Shown one piece after another: positions 9,382 to 18,311 of a stretch of 20,000 nt of DNA. The stretch's first letter is position 1; each line of letters opens with the position of its first letter. The translations under genes and the position numbers were made by a program. A model generated the notes under the pieces. It did not search any database, was not told the origin of the DNA, and worked only from the letters and a program-made list of their open reading frames with translations. Origin of the DNA: an uncultured virus (IMG/VR IMGVR_UViG_3300013005_004049) (lineage: Duplodnaviria; Heunggongvirae; Uroviricota; Caudoviricetes); the IMG/VR virus record IMGVR_UViG_3300013005_004049, positions 52,198 to 72,197 of that record; one strand, given 5' to 3'.

Positions 9382-10145
9382 AAGTAGTGATTGCCACTGG
9401 TGGCTTTGACCCCATACATTCAGGACACATTGCATATTTTGAAGCAGCAGCCGTACTAGGTGATATTCTATTGGTTGGATTGAACAGTGACGCATGGCTG
9501 CGCCGCAAAAAAGGGCGTGCATTCATGCCCTATGCAGAACGCAGTGCAATTATAAAGAACCTGCGCATGGTTCATCAGGTGTTGGAACTACAAGACGACG
9601 ACGGGTCTGGTGCCGACGGCATCCGGCAAGCTCGTGCGCTGTACCCAGACGCAGAGATCGTGTTTGCCAATGGCGGTGACCGCAATGCCAGTAACATTCC
9701 CGAAATGGAAATTTTTGCCGATGATGCTAAATTGCATTTTGAATTCAGTGTGGGCGGTGACTGGAAACAAAACAGCAGTCGCTGGATCCTGGATGAGTGG
9801 AAGGCTCCTCGCACAGAAAAACCCTGGGGAGAATACCGACTGTTACACGACTATGGCCCAGAAGCCAAACTCAAAGAACTCACAGTTGATCCAGGCCAAA
9901 GCCTGAGCATGCAACGACATAGCAAGCGTTCGGAGTTCTGGTTTGTTGCAGAAGGGCAAGCAACAGTGTACACTCTTAATCGCAAAACAGATGCAGAACT
10001 AGTGGGTGTGTTTGGTAAACATCAACATATCTGGATCAGTCGAGGTGAATGGCACCAGTTGGCCAACGAAACTGATCAACCACTACAACTGGTAGAAATA
10101 CAGTACGGCGAAGACTGTATTGAAGAAGATATTGAAAGGAAATAA
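9378..10145 (+). CDS. cytidylyltransferase-like (RfaE/TagD) domain fused to type II mannose-6-phosphate isomerase-like cupin
   Basis: N-terminal [10 protein letters not shown] (HIGH) and FANGGDR; C-terminal KPWG...[15 protein letters not shown]...EIQYG. Confidence 0.8.
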   Translation: MKVVIATGGFDPIHSGHIAYFEAAAVLGDILLVGLNSDAWLRRKKGRAFMPYAERSAIIKNLRMVHQVLELQDDDGSGADGIRQARALYPDAEIVFANGGDRNASNIPEMEIFADDAKLHFEFSVGGDWKQNSSRWILDEWKAPRTEKPWGEYRLLHDYGPEAKLKELTVDPGQSLSMQRHSKRSEFWFVAEGQATVYTLNRKTDAELVGVFGKHQHIWISRGEWHQLANETDQPLQLVEIQYGEDCIEEDIERK

Positions 10146-11312
10146 ATGACTCAATTACGCTGGCCCTTGATGAAGAATGCTGTTACCTGGGGCGACAAAT
10201 ATCAAATGGTAAAATTCTTGCTCACTAGTGATCGCTACACCAATGGACCACGAGTGCGAGAGTTTGAAGCACAATGGGCAGACTGGGTTGGCAGCAAACA
10301 CGCACTCATGGTAAGTTCTGGTTCAACTGCCAATAGTTTGCTGGTCGCGGCTGTTAAAGAAAAACACGGATTAAAAGACGGCGACAAATGTCTAGTACCA
10401 GCTTGTACCTGGGTCACCAACATCAGTCCTGTGTTTCAACTGGGCTTCAATCCCATCTTCTGCGATGTTAATCTAAAGAATTTTAGTTTTGACTTAGAAC
10501 ACATGAAAGCAATTGCAGCAAAGCATCCAGATATAAAACTAATTTTTGTAACTCACCTGCTTGGCTTTCCAGCCGACACTCGTGAGTACCAAAAAATATT
10601 TCCTAACGCTATTATAATTGATGATGTTTGCGAAAGTCACGGTTGTTTAGATGACGATGGCAATAGAGTTGGCGCTAATAGTGTTGCTGCTAGTTTTAGT
10701 TTTTACTTTGGTCATCACATGACCACTATAGAAGGTGGCATGGTAAACACCAATGACAGCGATTTGTACGAACTCATGCGTATGAAACGCAGTCACGGAC
10801 TGGCTCGTGAAAGTGGTAATTTGAAAAAGTATGCTGATCAGTATCCAGAAATACACAGCCAATTTCTGTTTATGACAGATGGTTACAATTTCCGCAGCAG
10901 CGATTTTAATGCTGTACTAGGCATGAGTCAACTCAAACGACTGGACAGTATGATTGAACAGCGCCGTAAAAACTTCGAACAGTTTGTGCATATCATGAAT
11001 GCACATCAAGACAAGTTTTATCCTGTGTACAATGACATTGGCAACAGCAACTTTGCGTTTCCTTTTATTTGTAAAGATCCTGCGTTGACCAAACGCATTA
11101 AAGAAACTTTTGAAAAAAATGGTGTAGAACATCGTCCTATTGTGGGCGGCAACTTGTTGCGTCAGCCGTTTCTTAAAGGTTACAAGTTCGGCGTGCCTAA
11201 GAAAAACAGCAATGTGGATTTGCTCAATGACAACGGTGTGTACATTGGCAACAGTCATTTTGTTGACGGGGAAGACATGGAATGGCTAGCAAACACTTTA
11301 GAAAGCATGTAA
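10146..11312 (+). CDS. colD: DegT/DnrJ-family PLP enzyme, His type: probable GDP-4-keto-6-deoxymannose 3-dehydratase (ColD-like)
   Basis: VSSGSTAN, DVCESHG, and SFYFGHHMTTIEGG with His at the usual Lys position. 388 aa, no E1-type Cys cluster, same operon as gmd. Confidence 0.65.
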   Translation: MTQLRWPLMKNAVTWGDKYQMVKFLLTSDRYTNGPRVREFEAQWADWVGSKHALMVSSGSTANSLLVAAVKEKHGLKDGDKCLVPACTWVTNISPVFQLGFNPIFCDVNLKNFSFDLEHMKAIAAKHPDIKLIFVTHLLGFPADTREYQKIFPNAIIIDDVCESHGCLDDDGNRVGANSVAASFSFYFGHHMTTIEGGMVNTNDSDLYELMRMKRSHGLARESGNLKKYADQYPEIHSQFLFMTDGYNFRSSDFNAVLGMSQLKRLDSMIEQRRKNFEQFVHIMNAHQDKFYPVYNDIGNSNFAFPFICKDPALTKRIKETFEKNGVEHRPIVGGNLLRQPFLKGYKFGVPKKNSNVDLLNDNGVYIGNSHFVDGEDMEWLANTLESM

Positions 11313-11719
11313 TGGAAAAAACCAATCAACTTATGGCACCTATTAGTGTGGGTGAACTCTACGACAAGATCAGTATTTTGGAAATCAAGCTCATGCATGT
11401 GGGCGACAATAGTGCCAAGCGAGTCAACATTGATACAGAACTGGTAGAACTCAAAGAGATTCGTCGCTGCCTTAAACTACCAGATAGTCTAAACAAACGA
11501 GCCGAGCTTGAATCCATTTACGAAGATCTAAAGAAAACCAACCTGGCCATATGGAAAATTGAAGACAATATCCGCAAATGCGAAAAAGATCAAAACTTCG
11601 ATATGACTTTTATTGCATTTGCCAGACAGATATATATTAACAACGACCTAAGAGCTGAAATCAAACGCAAGATAAATGAATTCATGCACAGTCATATCAT
11701 TGAAGAAAAAATTTACTAA
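11312..11719 (+). CDS. DUF6165-like protein
   Basis: APISVGELYDKISILEIK...LKKTNLAIWKIEDNIR...NDLRAEIKRKIN...EEKIY. TAATG overlap with the upstream stop. Confidence 0.7.
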   Translation: MEKTNQLMAPISVGELYDKISILEIKLMHVGDNSAKRVNIDTELVELKEIRRCLKLPDSLNKRAELESIYEDLKKTNLAIWKIEDNIRKCEKDQNFDMTFIAFARQIYINNDLRAEIKRKINEFMHSHIIEEKIY

Positions 11720-12669
11720 TGAAAAAGATTTGCTTTTATAATCACTGGCACAACGGAGATGTTTTTAGTGGCAAAGGCTACATGCTAGACATCATGCAAC
11801 AACTTGGTCCTAGATATGAATTTTCTCATGCCCAACTTAACAGTACAAAAAGCATGCGCGACTTGCCTTGTGAACACATTCACACAGACCAACTACCACC
11901 TCAGGTCACTGCTCACATGCGCTATATTGATGTAAATGGTACATTTTACATCAATACCTGGGTAGGAGCCTACGGCAATGCTGTTATTCCGCAGGGAGAA
12001 CATCATGCCAATTGGCCCAGTTTGCTTACCATGTGGACACACATCATGGAAGTGATCAAATTGAATCTTGCTCCAGAACTATCTATGCCAGGCGATCAGG
12101 GCCAAGTGGACATCAGCCGTTACATTCCCAGCACAGACTGGACGCCGTATGATACAGGACCGGCTGTGGAATTTTTAAGTGGGAAAAATCGTGTGGCATT
12201 GTTTTGTAACGGGCTGGTGCGTAGCACTCAAAGCCATATTGGCCTAATGGAAGATGTACTAGAACAACTGTGTGCAGACTACAAAGACATTGCCTTTGTT
12301 TGCACTTCAAAATTTGACAACACTTTCAATGCACCCAATCTGTATTTCACAGATGATATTTTTGCCAATGTACAAGAAGGCGACATCAATGAAATAGCTT
12401 TTCTAAGCACCAGATGCGAACTCATAGTTGGTAAAAACTCTGGACCGTTTATGTTTGCACACCTTAAAGAAAATGTGTTTGACCCAAATAAAACTTTTTT
12501 TAGTTTAAGTCATCGCCCCAGCGACAGTTATGCATACAATGTAAGCGGTCTACCTTGTCGTTATTATCATTACAGTGAAGAAGCTGGCGCATCAATTGTG
12601 GGTCATTTGCGCAGGGCTATAGACGAAAAGGGCTTGCCAAGCCCTAGACAAATGATAGTGCTAGATTAA
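11719..12669 (+). CDS. divergent GT-B/GT9-like glycosyltransferase (putative)
   Basis: N-terminal HNGDV and C-terminal LIVGKNSGPF echo the GT9 GD and DSGP motifs; last gene of the sugar operon. Confidence 0.45.
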   Translation: MKKICFYNHWHNGDVFSGKGYMLDIMQQLGPRYEFSHAQLNSTKSMRDLPCEHIHTDQLPPQVTAHMRYIDVNGTFYINTWVGAYGNAVIPQGEHHANWPSLLTMWTHIMEVIKLNLAPELSMPGDQGQVDISRYIPSTDWTPYDTGPAVEFLSGKNRVALFCNGLVRSTQSHIGLMEDVLEQLCADYKDIAFVCTSKFDNTFNAPNLYFTDDIFANVQEGDINEIAFLSTRCELIVGKNSGPFMFAHLKENVFDPNKTFFSLSHRPSDSYAYNVSGLPCRYYHYSEEAGASIVGHLRRAIDEKGLPSPRQMIVLD

Positions 12670-12825
12670 TTACTCGTCTAGGCCTTTGGCATCAAGGTGC
12701 TGCTTGAGAACACGCATGAGTTTACGACTGGTATCATAAACATACTCGCGAGTTTCGCCGGCTTCGTCACTAACAACCAGAATGTAGCCATTGGCAACTT
12801 TACGAATTTCAAGATTTTCAAACAT
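12670..12825 (-). CDS. small hypothetical protein (51 aa)
   Basis: Hand translation MFENLEIRKVANGYILVVSDEAGETREYVYDTSRKLMRVLKQHLDAKGLDE. GGAG SD; its stop directly abuts the convergent stop at 12669. Confidence 0.75.
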   Translation of the reverse strand: MFENLEIRKVANGYILVVSDEAGETREYVYDTSRKLMRVLKQHLDAKGLDE

Positions 12826-12858
12826 AGTAGTTCTCCAGGAGAGTGAATATGTTTAATT

Positions 12859-15075
12859 TTAACTGTTCTGCTGGTCAAAGTCAACCAGGTATTTCTTCAA
12901 TTCATTCATAACTTCCCAGTCTGGTGTTTGATCAGCATTTTGGTCTAGTGCCCATGCGCACAATTGGGTAGTCACAGGGTAATCGAACCAAGCATGCACA
13001 GTCATGTTGGTCCACAATCTCCAGAGATGCTTGGCTGTGGTCGGCCAGCACTCTAGTTCACGAATACAAGCTTCTCCAGCGGGATCTACAATTAAATCTT
13101 GTTTGAAGTATTTGTCTAAATGTCCTAGCTTGATCAAGTCTACGCCATTTAGTTTGAAACCTTTGATCAGTAGTTGTCTACAACTATAATGATTATGGTC
13201 ACCGCCTGTCCAGAAATGTGTTTTGTCAGCAGGCTGATTTAACAGCATGACCGCAAGGTTACTGTTTGCAGGTAGACTACCAGTAATGGTTATTGTCTGC
13301 GCATGTTCAATCTTTACAATCAAATGCTTGTTGCCAATTTGTATTCCAAGTTCTGGTTGCCATGCAGGATTATCACTTTCAAAATCAACTTCTAGTTCTA
13401 GCAACACTTGATCAGCATTTGCAATCAATGTTTGTTGTAAATCAGCAGGCATGAACACACGATCACCTAACCTGTGGTCCCCTGTGATGTTAGCATGCGT
13501 GTCAAAACTGTAGTTAGGCAATTGAAAAAAATTCATAATTTCTTTTCTCTTGCTACGAATGGTGTTCATCATAAACAACAGTTCATAGTAGTTTCTACTC
13601 ACAGGCAAGTTCAACAAACAACAAACTTCTTGCATGATCATCCTACGGCGTACTCTTTCCAAGTAATGTAGTTCAGGATTAACTCCTGCGGTCCAAAGAT
13701 CACCAAAATCGCCAATGGTCATTTGGTATTCTTGTGTCAAGTCTTCAACTGGTGTGTCATATGCAAACTGATAAGGAGTACCAAGACTAAGTTTCTGCAG
13801 AGTGCCGTCTGCTGCATATCGTTGGTATCTGTGGAACATCAACACAGTATCTAAAAAATCCTGCCAGGTTTCAGTTGGGTATCCACTAAAGAACAGCAAT
13901 ACCGCAGTGATATTGTTTTTGCTGAAATGTTGCATTTCTACATCCAGATCGTCGGTGCTGAATTTCTTTTTCATTTGATTGCGCACACTGTCACTGCCGG
14001 TTTCTACGCCAATGGCAAGTCCTTGTGCACCGGTGGCACCCATGAGTTTATAATATTCAGCCGGTATCTGATGAGCTGGTCTAGTGATATAATGCCCAGT
14101 CCACACCATGTCTTTATCAATTTTGCCTGTGTTTTTGTAATCTGTAACCTTGTTGAGAAAATCCATAAAGGCGGTCATGCTGCCATTGGCCAAACTGTCT
14201 GTGATGTAAAATTCTTTAGCTCCGTACTTGTGGCCAAGATATGCCATTTCATCTGCCACATGATGTCCGTCTTTGAACAAAAACTTAGGCCAAATTTTAG
14301 GCACATCACAAAATGTGCAAGCTCGTACACAACCTTTACTGCCACTGATAGGCAGTGCAGGTTCATGATGCCATGGATAGCCTGCTAGATCATAATCATC
14401 AAAGTCACTGTAGGGAATTTCGTTCATGCGTATGTGTTCAATAGGAGCAGACCATTTTACTGGTTTACTGCCGCCGTTCAACCAATCACGAATAGCTTGC
14501 TCACTGTCTCCTTCAATCACAGCATCAGCAAGTCCTGCTTGTAATATCCAGTCTTTGTAGTAGGTGTCTTGTTGTGCCTCGGGCAATCCAGCTTGTGCTA
14601 TGGCAGCAAGATAGCTTTTTCTGTCAGGGCCAAACAGCGTACTAGTGACTCCTCTTCCGCCGCAGAGAATTTGTACATCAGGCAGGTGTTGTCTTATTGC
14701 TTGTGCCAACAACAAACTGCTCTTGTGGCTCCAATAACTAAACACACTGATACCAACCCAGTCTGGTGCATATTGTTTCAATTTGGCCACACTGAGTTTG
14801 ATCCAGGTGTCAATGTCTTTGCTTTGAGCATCCCCTAGCACAAGATAATGCAAACTGTCAACAGGTTTACTCCATTGACTTGGAATCACCAGTAGTGTTT
14901 GCAGTTCATCATATCTTGATAAATTTCTTTGTGCTACACCGTTGAACAAATCGTATGCAAAATCAAAACATTTGGCTTCATGCCCTTCGCTACGAGCAAT
15001 GCTCTTTAGAATAGCAGGAGCACCGGCCGGATAGTGCAGGCTCCATGCAGGAATGTTGACAAACGCTATCCTCAT
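12859..15075 (-). CDS. B12-binding radical SAM protein with long C-terminal extension
   Basis: N-terminal cobalamin-binding-like domain (P.GAPAILKS, WVGISVF, LCGGR, DAVIEGDSE), SKGCVRACTFC (CxxxCxxC), IGVETGS and GYPTET. Confidence 0.85.
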   Translation of the reverse strand: MRIAFVNIPAWSLHYPAGAPAILKSIARSEGHEAKCFDFAYDLFNGVAQRNLSRYDELQTLLVIPSQWSKPVDSLHYLVLGDAQSKDIDTWIKLSVAKLKQYAPDWVGISVFSYWSHKSSLLLAQAIRQHLPDVQILCGGRGVTSTLFGPDRKSYLAAIAQAGLPEAQQDTYYKDWILQAGLADAVIEGDSEQAIRDWLNGGSKPVKWSAPIEHIRMNEIPYSDFDDYDLAGYPWHHEPALPISGSKGCVRACTFCDVPKIWPKFLFKDGHHVADEMAYLGHKYGAKEFYITDSLANGSMTAFMDFLNKVTDYKNTGKIDKDMVWTGHYITRPAHQIPAEYYKLMGATGAQGLAIGVETGSDSVRNQMKKKFSTDDLDVEMQHFSKNNITAVLLFFSGYPTETWQDFLDTVLMFHRYQRYAADGTLQKLSLGTPYQFAYDTPVEDLTQEYQMTIGDFGDLWTAGVNPELHYLERVRRRMIMQEVCCLLNLPVSRNYYELLFMMNTIRSKRKEIMNFFQLPNYSFDTHANITGDHRLGDRVFMPADLQQTLIANADQVLLELEVDFESDNPAWQPELGIQIGNKHLIVKIEHAQTITITGSLPANSNLAVMLLNQPADKTHFWTGGDHNHYSCRQLLIKGFKLNGVDLIKLGHLDKYFKQDLIVDPAGEACIRELECWPTTAKHLWRLWTNMTVHAWFDYPVTTQLCAWALDQNADQTPDWEVMNELKKYLVDFDQQNS

Positions 15076-15746
15076 TGTGCAATTGTTTCGCTATAGGTCT
15101 TACGACTGGCTAGACTTATTATTTCATTGGGCGTGGTACTGCGCAGTAGCATCACATTTGGATGAACAAATGTGCCTGCAGCCACAGTGGTAAGACTTCT
15201 ACCTGCCTTGCTGCATAAGCCAAAATACACATCCTGTTCCACAGTAACCAAACTGGTTATCAATACCTGTCGTTGTAGCACCACATTGTGCGCAATGTTG
15301 CTTTCGTGCCCAACAATTACATAGTCATATATCAAACTGTGCGCACCTACAACTACTTCTGGTTCAATGGTAGCATACCCATACACCGCAGTGCCCGGAG
15401 CAATTTTAGAATGTTTACTCACACTAGACAAAGGCGATACTAAAGTGGCCAATGGTAGTTGTAGATCTTGCAACAGGCCTAGTTGTCTAGCTCTTTTGAT
15501 TTTATTTCGTGTGCTGGCGGCGTCTGGAGTCCAATTGGTAGCACATATAAACTGGCAGTCTTTGTAAGACTGTAGATCTTCTTCTGTGCCTATTACTGGA
15601 ATATGCTTGTAGTATCCTTGGCCGTGGTAATCATTGTCAATAATGCCAAGTACCTGGATCCCCACACTCTCCGCTAGTTCTTTCAGTTTGTAGATGTTAC
15701 TGTTGGAACCTAAAAATATCAGTGGAAGACTGGTATCATTGTACAT
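15072..15746 (-). CDS. PglD/NeuD-like hexapeptide-repeat acyltransferase
   Basis: N-terminal Rossmann-like GIIDND..IPVIG, ATLVSP, left-handed beta-helix repeats, and the IVGHES His motif. Confidence 0.7.
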   Translation of the reverse strand: MYNDTSLPLIFLGSNSNIYKLKELAESVGIQVLGIIDNDYHGQGYYKHIPVIGTEEDLQSYKDCQFICATNWTPDAASTRNKIKRARQLGLLQDLQLPLATLVSPLSSVSKHSKIAPGTAVYGYATIEPEVVVGAHSLIYDYVIVGHESNIAHNVVLQRQVLITSLVTVEQDVYFGLCSKAGRSLTTVAAGTFVHPNVMLLRSTTPNEIISLASRKTYSETIAQ

Positions 15747-16596
15747 GTTTCAGCACCACCATGGCTGGCTCATAGTGCTCGATCGTGGCACGAGCATCAG
15801 CTGAACACATGGTGCAAATTTTGTTATTTGGTTTGCCAAAGTCGTCTATCAGCGGTTGTAGATCTTCATCTACTCCAAATCCTTTGTACTTCAAGTACTG
15901 CTGCCATTCTGCATTGTCCGACAGTTCATGTATGTTCAATAGGTCACGGAGGTTGGCAATTGGACCGCACTTGTAGATTCTATTTTTGTACAATATTGGA
16001 TCAGCAGGTGCTCCACATGCAGAGTGACTCAACGAAGGATGCTTGCTTTTCCATGGTCGTATGAGTTTAAGAACACCGTGATAGGGCTTGGTAAATCTAC
16101 GCCACATGCTCACAGTTAAAGTAACATCATTGTGTACAAGTTTGATTGGAATATCTTCAACACCACTGGCCACTGCAACCCATTGCGGATCTATATCCAT
16201 TGTTTGTGCAAGCACATCTTTATGCAGTTGTTCTGCAGGAAATCCTTGCAAATGAAAACTAACATCCAATGTTGCATTACCAAGTTCTAGTAGCAACGGT
16301 AGCACCGACACTGTTGTAAGATGCATGCCATTGGTAACTACTTTGATGTGACTGCTAGGAAAATATTGCCGTACCTTGCGTATCCATTCTAGTATGTCTG
16401 GATTAAGCAATGGTTCACCACCGGTGATACCAATGGTGTCCACTGTAAGAACTTTGCTCCATGCACTCAGCCATTCTTCGCCTTCGGCAATACTGACACC
16501 GCCGGTGCGAGGTTGGTCACTCATGGTAACACAGCCAAAGCAGCTGAGGCTGCAACTGTATTGAATCATGATGTCAAGTTTTGGTAATATGTGCAT
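15736..16596 (-). CDS. radical SAM protein with C-terminal Cys cluster (twitch/SPASM-like)
   Basis: CSLSCFGC, TGGEPLL, VTNG; C-terminal C...YKC...CTMC. AGGA SD directly after the tRNA CCA. Confidence 0.85.
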   Translation of the reverse strand: MHILPKLDIMIQYSCSLSCFGCVTMSDQPRTGGVSIAEGEEWLSAWSKVLTVDTIGITGGEPLLNPDILEWIRKVRQYFPSSHIKVVTNGMHLTTVSVLPLLLELGNATLDVSFHLQGFPAEQLHKDVLAQTMDIDPQWVAVASGVEDIPIKLVHNDVTLTVSMWRRFTKPYHGVLKLIRPWKSKHPSLSHSACGAPADPILYKNRIYKCGPIANLRDLLNIHELSDNAEWQQYLKYKGFGVDEDLQPLIDDFGKPNNKICTMCSADARATIEHYEPAMVVLKHVQ

Positions 16597-16609
16597 GTTA
16601 TATTGTCCT

Positions 16610-16684
16610 TGGAGCGGGCGATGGGATTCGAACCCACGACATTCTGCTTGGAAGGCAGAAGCTCTACCACTGAGCTACACCCGC
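16610..16684 (-). tRNA. tRNA-Gly(TCC)
   Basis: GCGGGTG TA GCTC AGTGGTA GAGC T TCTGC CTTCCAA GCAGA ATGTC GTGGG TTCGAAT CCCAT CGCCCGC T CCA: full cloverleaf with encoded CCA. Confidence 0.95.
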
Positions 16685-16693
16685 ATTTTAATT

Positions 16694-16726
16694 TGGTGGG
16701 CTGTGAGAGTTTCTAACTCTCACCCC
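16694..16726 (-). pseudogene. tRNA-like minihelix / tRNA 3'-half remnant ending in ACCA
   Basis: GGG GT GAGAG TTAGAAA CTCTC ACAGCCC A CCA: 5-bp T-stem, degenerate T-loop, 7-nt acceptor strand and CCA, with no D or anticodon arm. Confidence 0.5.
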
Positions 16727-16732
16727 AAATTT

Positions 16733-16882
16733 TTATCTTCCTCGTCCTGTATTCCTCATTACTTTTTGTTGTGGTACTGCCATTTGCGTGGTCTTCATTG
16801 TCTGATTCTTTTGAATCTGTTGATGTGGTGCTTTAGATTCTTTGGTTTTTGGCGTTTTGCTTTTTGAACGAGGATCACCCAT
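16733..16882 (-). CDS. small basic hypothetical peptide (49 aa)
   Basis: Hand translation MGDPRSKSKTPKTKESKAPHQQIQKNQTMKTTQMAVPQQKVMRNTGRGR. AGGAG SD 6 nt before the ATG. Confidence 0.65.
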   Translation of the reverse strand: MGDPRSKSKTPKTKESKAPHQQIQKNQTMKTTQMAVPQQKVMRNTGRGR

Positions 16883-16904
16883 TTTTTTCTCCTATTGGTT
16901 GAAA

Positions 16905-16980
<76 letters not shown>

Positions 16981-16987
16981 GTACATT

Positions 16988-17021
16988 TACTTATCATCCA
17001 ACAAAACGCTACCACTAAATA
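16988..17021. promoter_or_regulatory. back-to-back late-promoter-like boxes
   Basis: Minus strand TAAGTA (16993-16988), 7 nt before tRNA-Gly(GCC); plus strand TAAATA (17016-17021), 5 nt before ATG 17027. Confidence 0.35.
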
Positions 17022-17026
17022 TTGCT

Positions 17027-18160
17027 ATGACCCTATCAAAAGAGCCGTTGTGTCAAGCTCCATTCAAGAACATAAGAATTAGCATGATTGGTACGAACCA
17101 ATCAGTGTACCGTCCTTGTTGTAACTATGTTGATTATAACATTTCACATAAAAATGTCAATGATTATTTGACCAGTGCTGAATTACTTGATCTTAAACAA
17201 CAAATGTTCAAAGAGAATTTACCGTCAGCTTGCAACACCTGTGTACAAGAAGAAGGTCAAAATCAAGTGAGCTTGCGACAGCACATGAATGCCAATAGAA
17301 TTCCATATGGTAACAGCATAGCTCAACTGGAGGTGTTTCCCAGTAATGTGTGTAACTTGCGTTGTTTAATGTGCAACCCTGTGAGTTCTAGTACTCTAGC
17401 AGCGGAATACAAAGCTGTTGGCTGGTTGAGCAATTACGACGAAATTGACACAGTGGATCAAACTCTCAAGGACATTGCAGCACTGCCAGAATTACACACT
17501 GTTAGTTTCATAGGCGGAGAATTTTTCTTGGCCAAAAGAGCAACGGAAATACTCAGTCTAACACGCGAAAGAAAATTAGCAGTTAGACTGGTTACCAATG
17601 GCACCATTGTGTTGCCACAACATCTTGATCATCTGGCTCATATACAAGATCTAGAACTGCAAATCAGTATTGATGCTACTCAACAGGCCTACGAATTCAT
17701 GCGGTATCCTGCAACATGGTCTAAAGTTGATGCCAACATTCGCTTGCTGAAAGCATCATTGCCTCAGGCAAGAATCAACTTTAATTATGTGGTGCAGCCG
17801 CTTAACATAGTGTATTTGGTAAAAACTCTAGAATATGCCAATTCTTTACGCATACCTTTACGCACTACCAATTTACTTGGACCGCTTTGGCTTAACTGGC
17901 ACATTTTGACAGTGCAGGAAAAACAACAAATCTCGTCAACAGTAAAAGCACAATTTAACAATCAGCTGGCACAGAAACAACAGACACATGTGGAAAGCAT
18001 ACTAAGAACCATGGAATCTTGCGAATATCGTGAAGACTATAGACAAGAGTATTGCCGCAGAATGAACACCCTGATGCAACATAGAAAAATCGCGGATAGT
18101 ATTATCCGCGATCATTTCCAGCTGGTCCCAACCTTGGCTGATTTTATTCAGCGTCCTTAG
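17027..18160 (+). CDS. radical SAM protein with N-terminal twitch/SPASM-like Cys domain
   Basis: N-terminal CQAPF...RPCC...CNTC..EE...SLRQ; SNVCNLRCLMC, IGGEFF, VTNGT, ISIDA and YEFMRYP. Confidence 0.85.
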   Translation: MTLSKEPLCQAPFKNIRISMIGTNQSVYRPCCNYVDYNISHKNVNDYLTSAELLDLKQQMFKENLPSACNTCVQEEGQNQVSLRQHMNANRIPYGNSIAQLEVFPSNVCNLRCLMCNPVSSSTLAAEYKAVGWLSNYDEIDTVDQTLKDIAALPELHTVSFIGGEFFLAKRATEILSLTRERKLAVRLVTNGTIVLPQHLDHLAHIQDLELQISIDATQQAYEFMRYPATWSKVDANIRLLKASLPQARINFNYVVQPLNIVYLVKTLEYANSLRIPLRTTNLLGPLWLNWHILTVQEKQQISSTVKAQFNNQLAQKQQTHVESILRTMESCEYREDYRQEYCRRMNTLMQHRKIADSIIRDHFQLVPTLADFIQRP

Positions 18161-18311
18161 ACTTTTTTCCACTGCGAGCTTGAGTCTGTGCCACACGCAC
18201 ATAGTCGCGAATAAATTGTCCTCTATCGTGCTGATTTAGAATAGTTGCAGCCAGACGCTTGACAGACTTGTTGATTTTTACTGTTCTTGAATCGTATCCA
18301 CGGCAAGTCAT
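18144..18311 (-). CDS. small basic hypothetical protein (55 aa)
   Basis: Hand translation MTCRGYDSRTVKINKSVKRLAATILNQHDRGQFIRDYVRVAQTQARSGKKSKDAE. TAATG coupling to the parvulin stop. Confidence 0.7.
   Translation of the reverse strand: MTCRGYDSRTVKINKSVKRLAATILNQHDRGQFIRDYVRVAQTQARSGKKSKDAE

Noticed and set aside
10146..11312. Ordinary DegT aminotransferase/perosamine synthase or E1 (RfbH)
   Set aside because: The catalytic Lys is replaced by His, and the E1 [2Fe-2S] cysteines are absent.
12678..12884. 68-aa ORF in the track
   Set aside because: It overlaps the B12-rSAM end. The alternative frame 12670..12825 has a GGAG SD, an ATG and a clean fit.
16694..16904. tmRNA (ORF followed by a T-arm and ACCA)
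   Set aside because: No complementary 5' acceptor strand with G3:U70. The ORF has its own SD and ATG, and ends GRGR rather than an Ala-rich tag.
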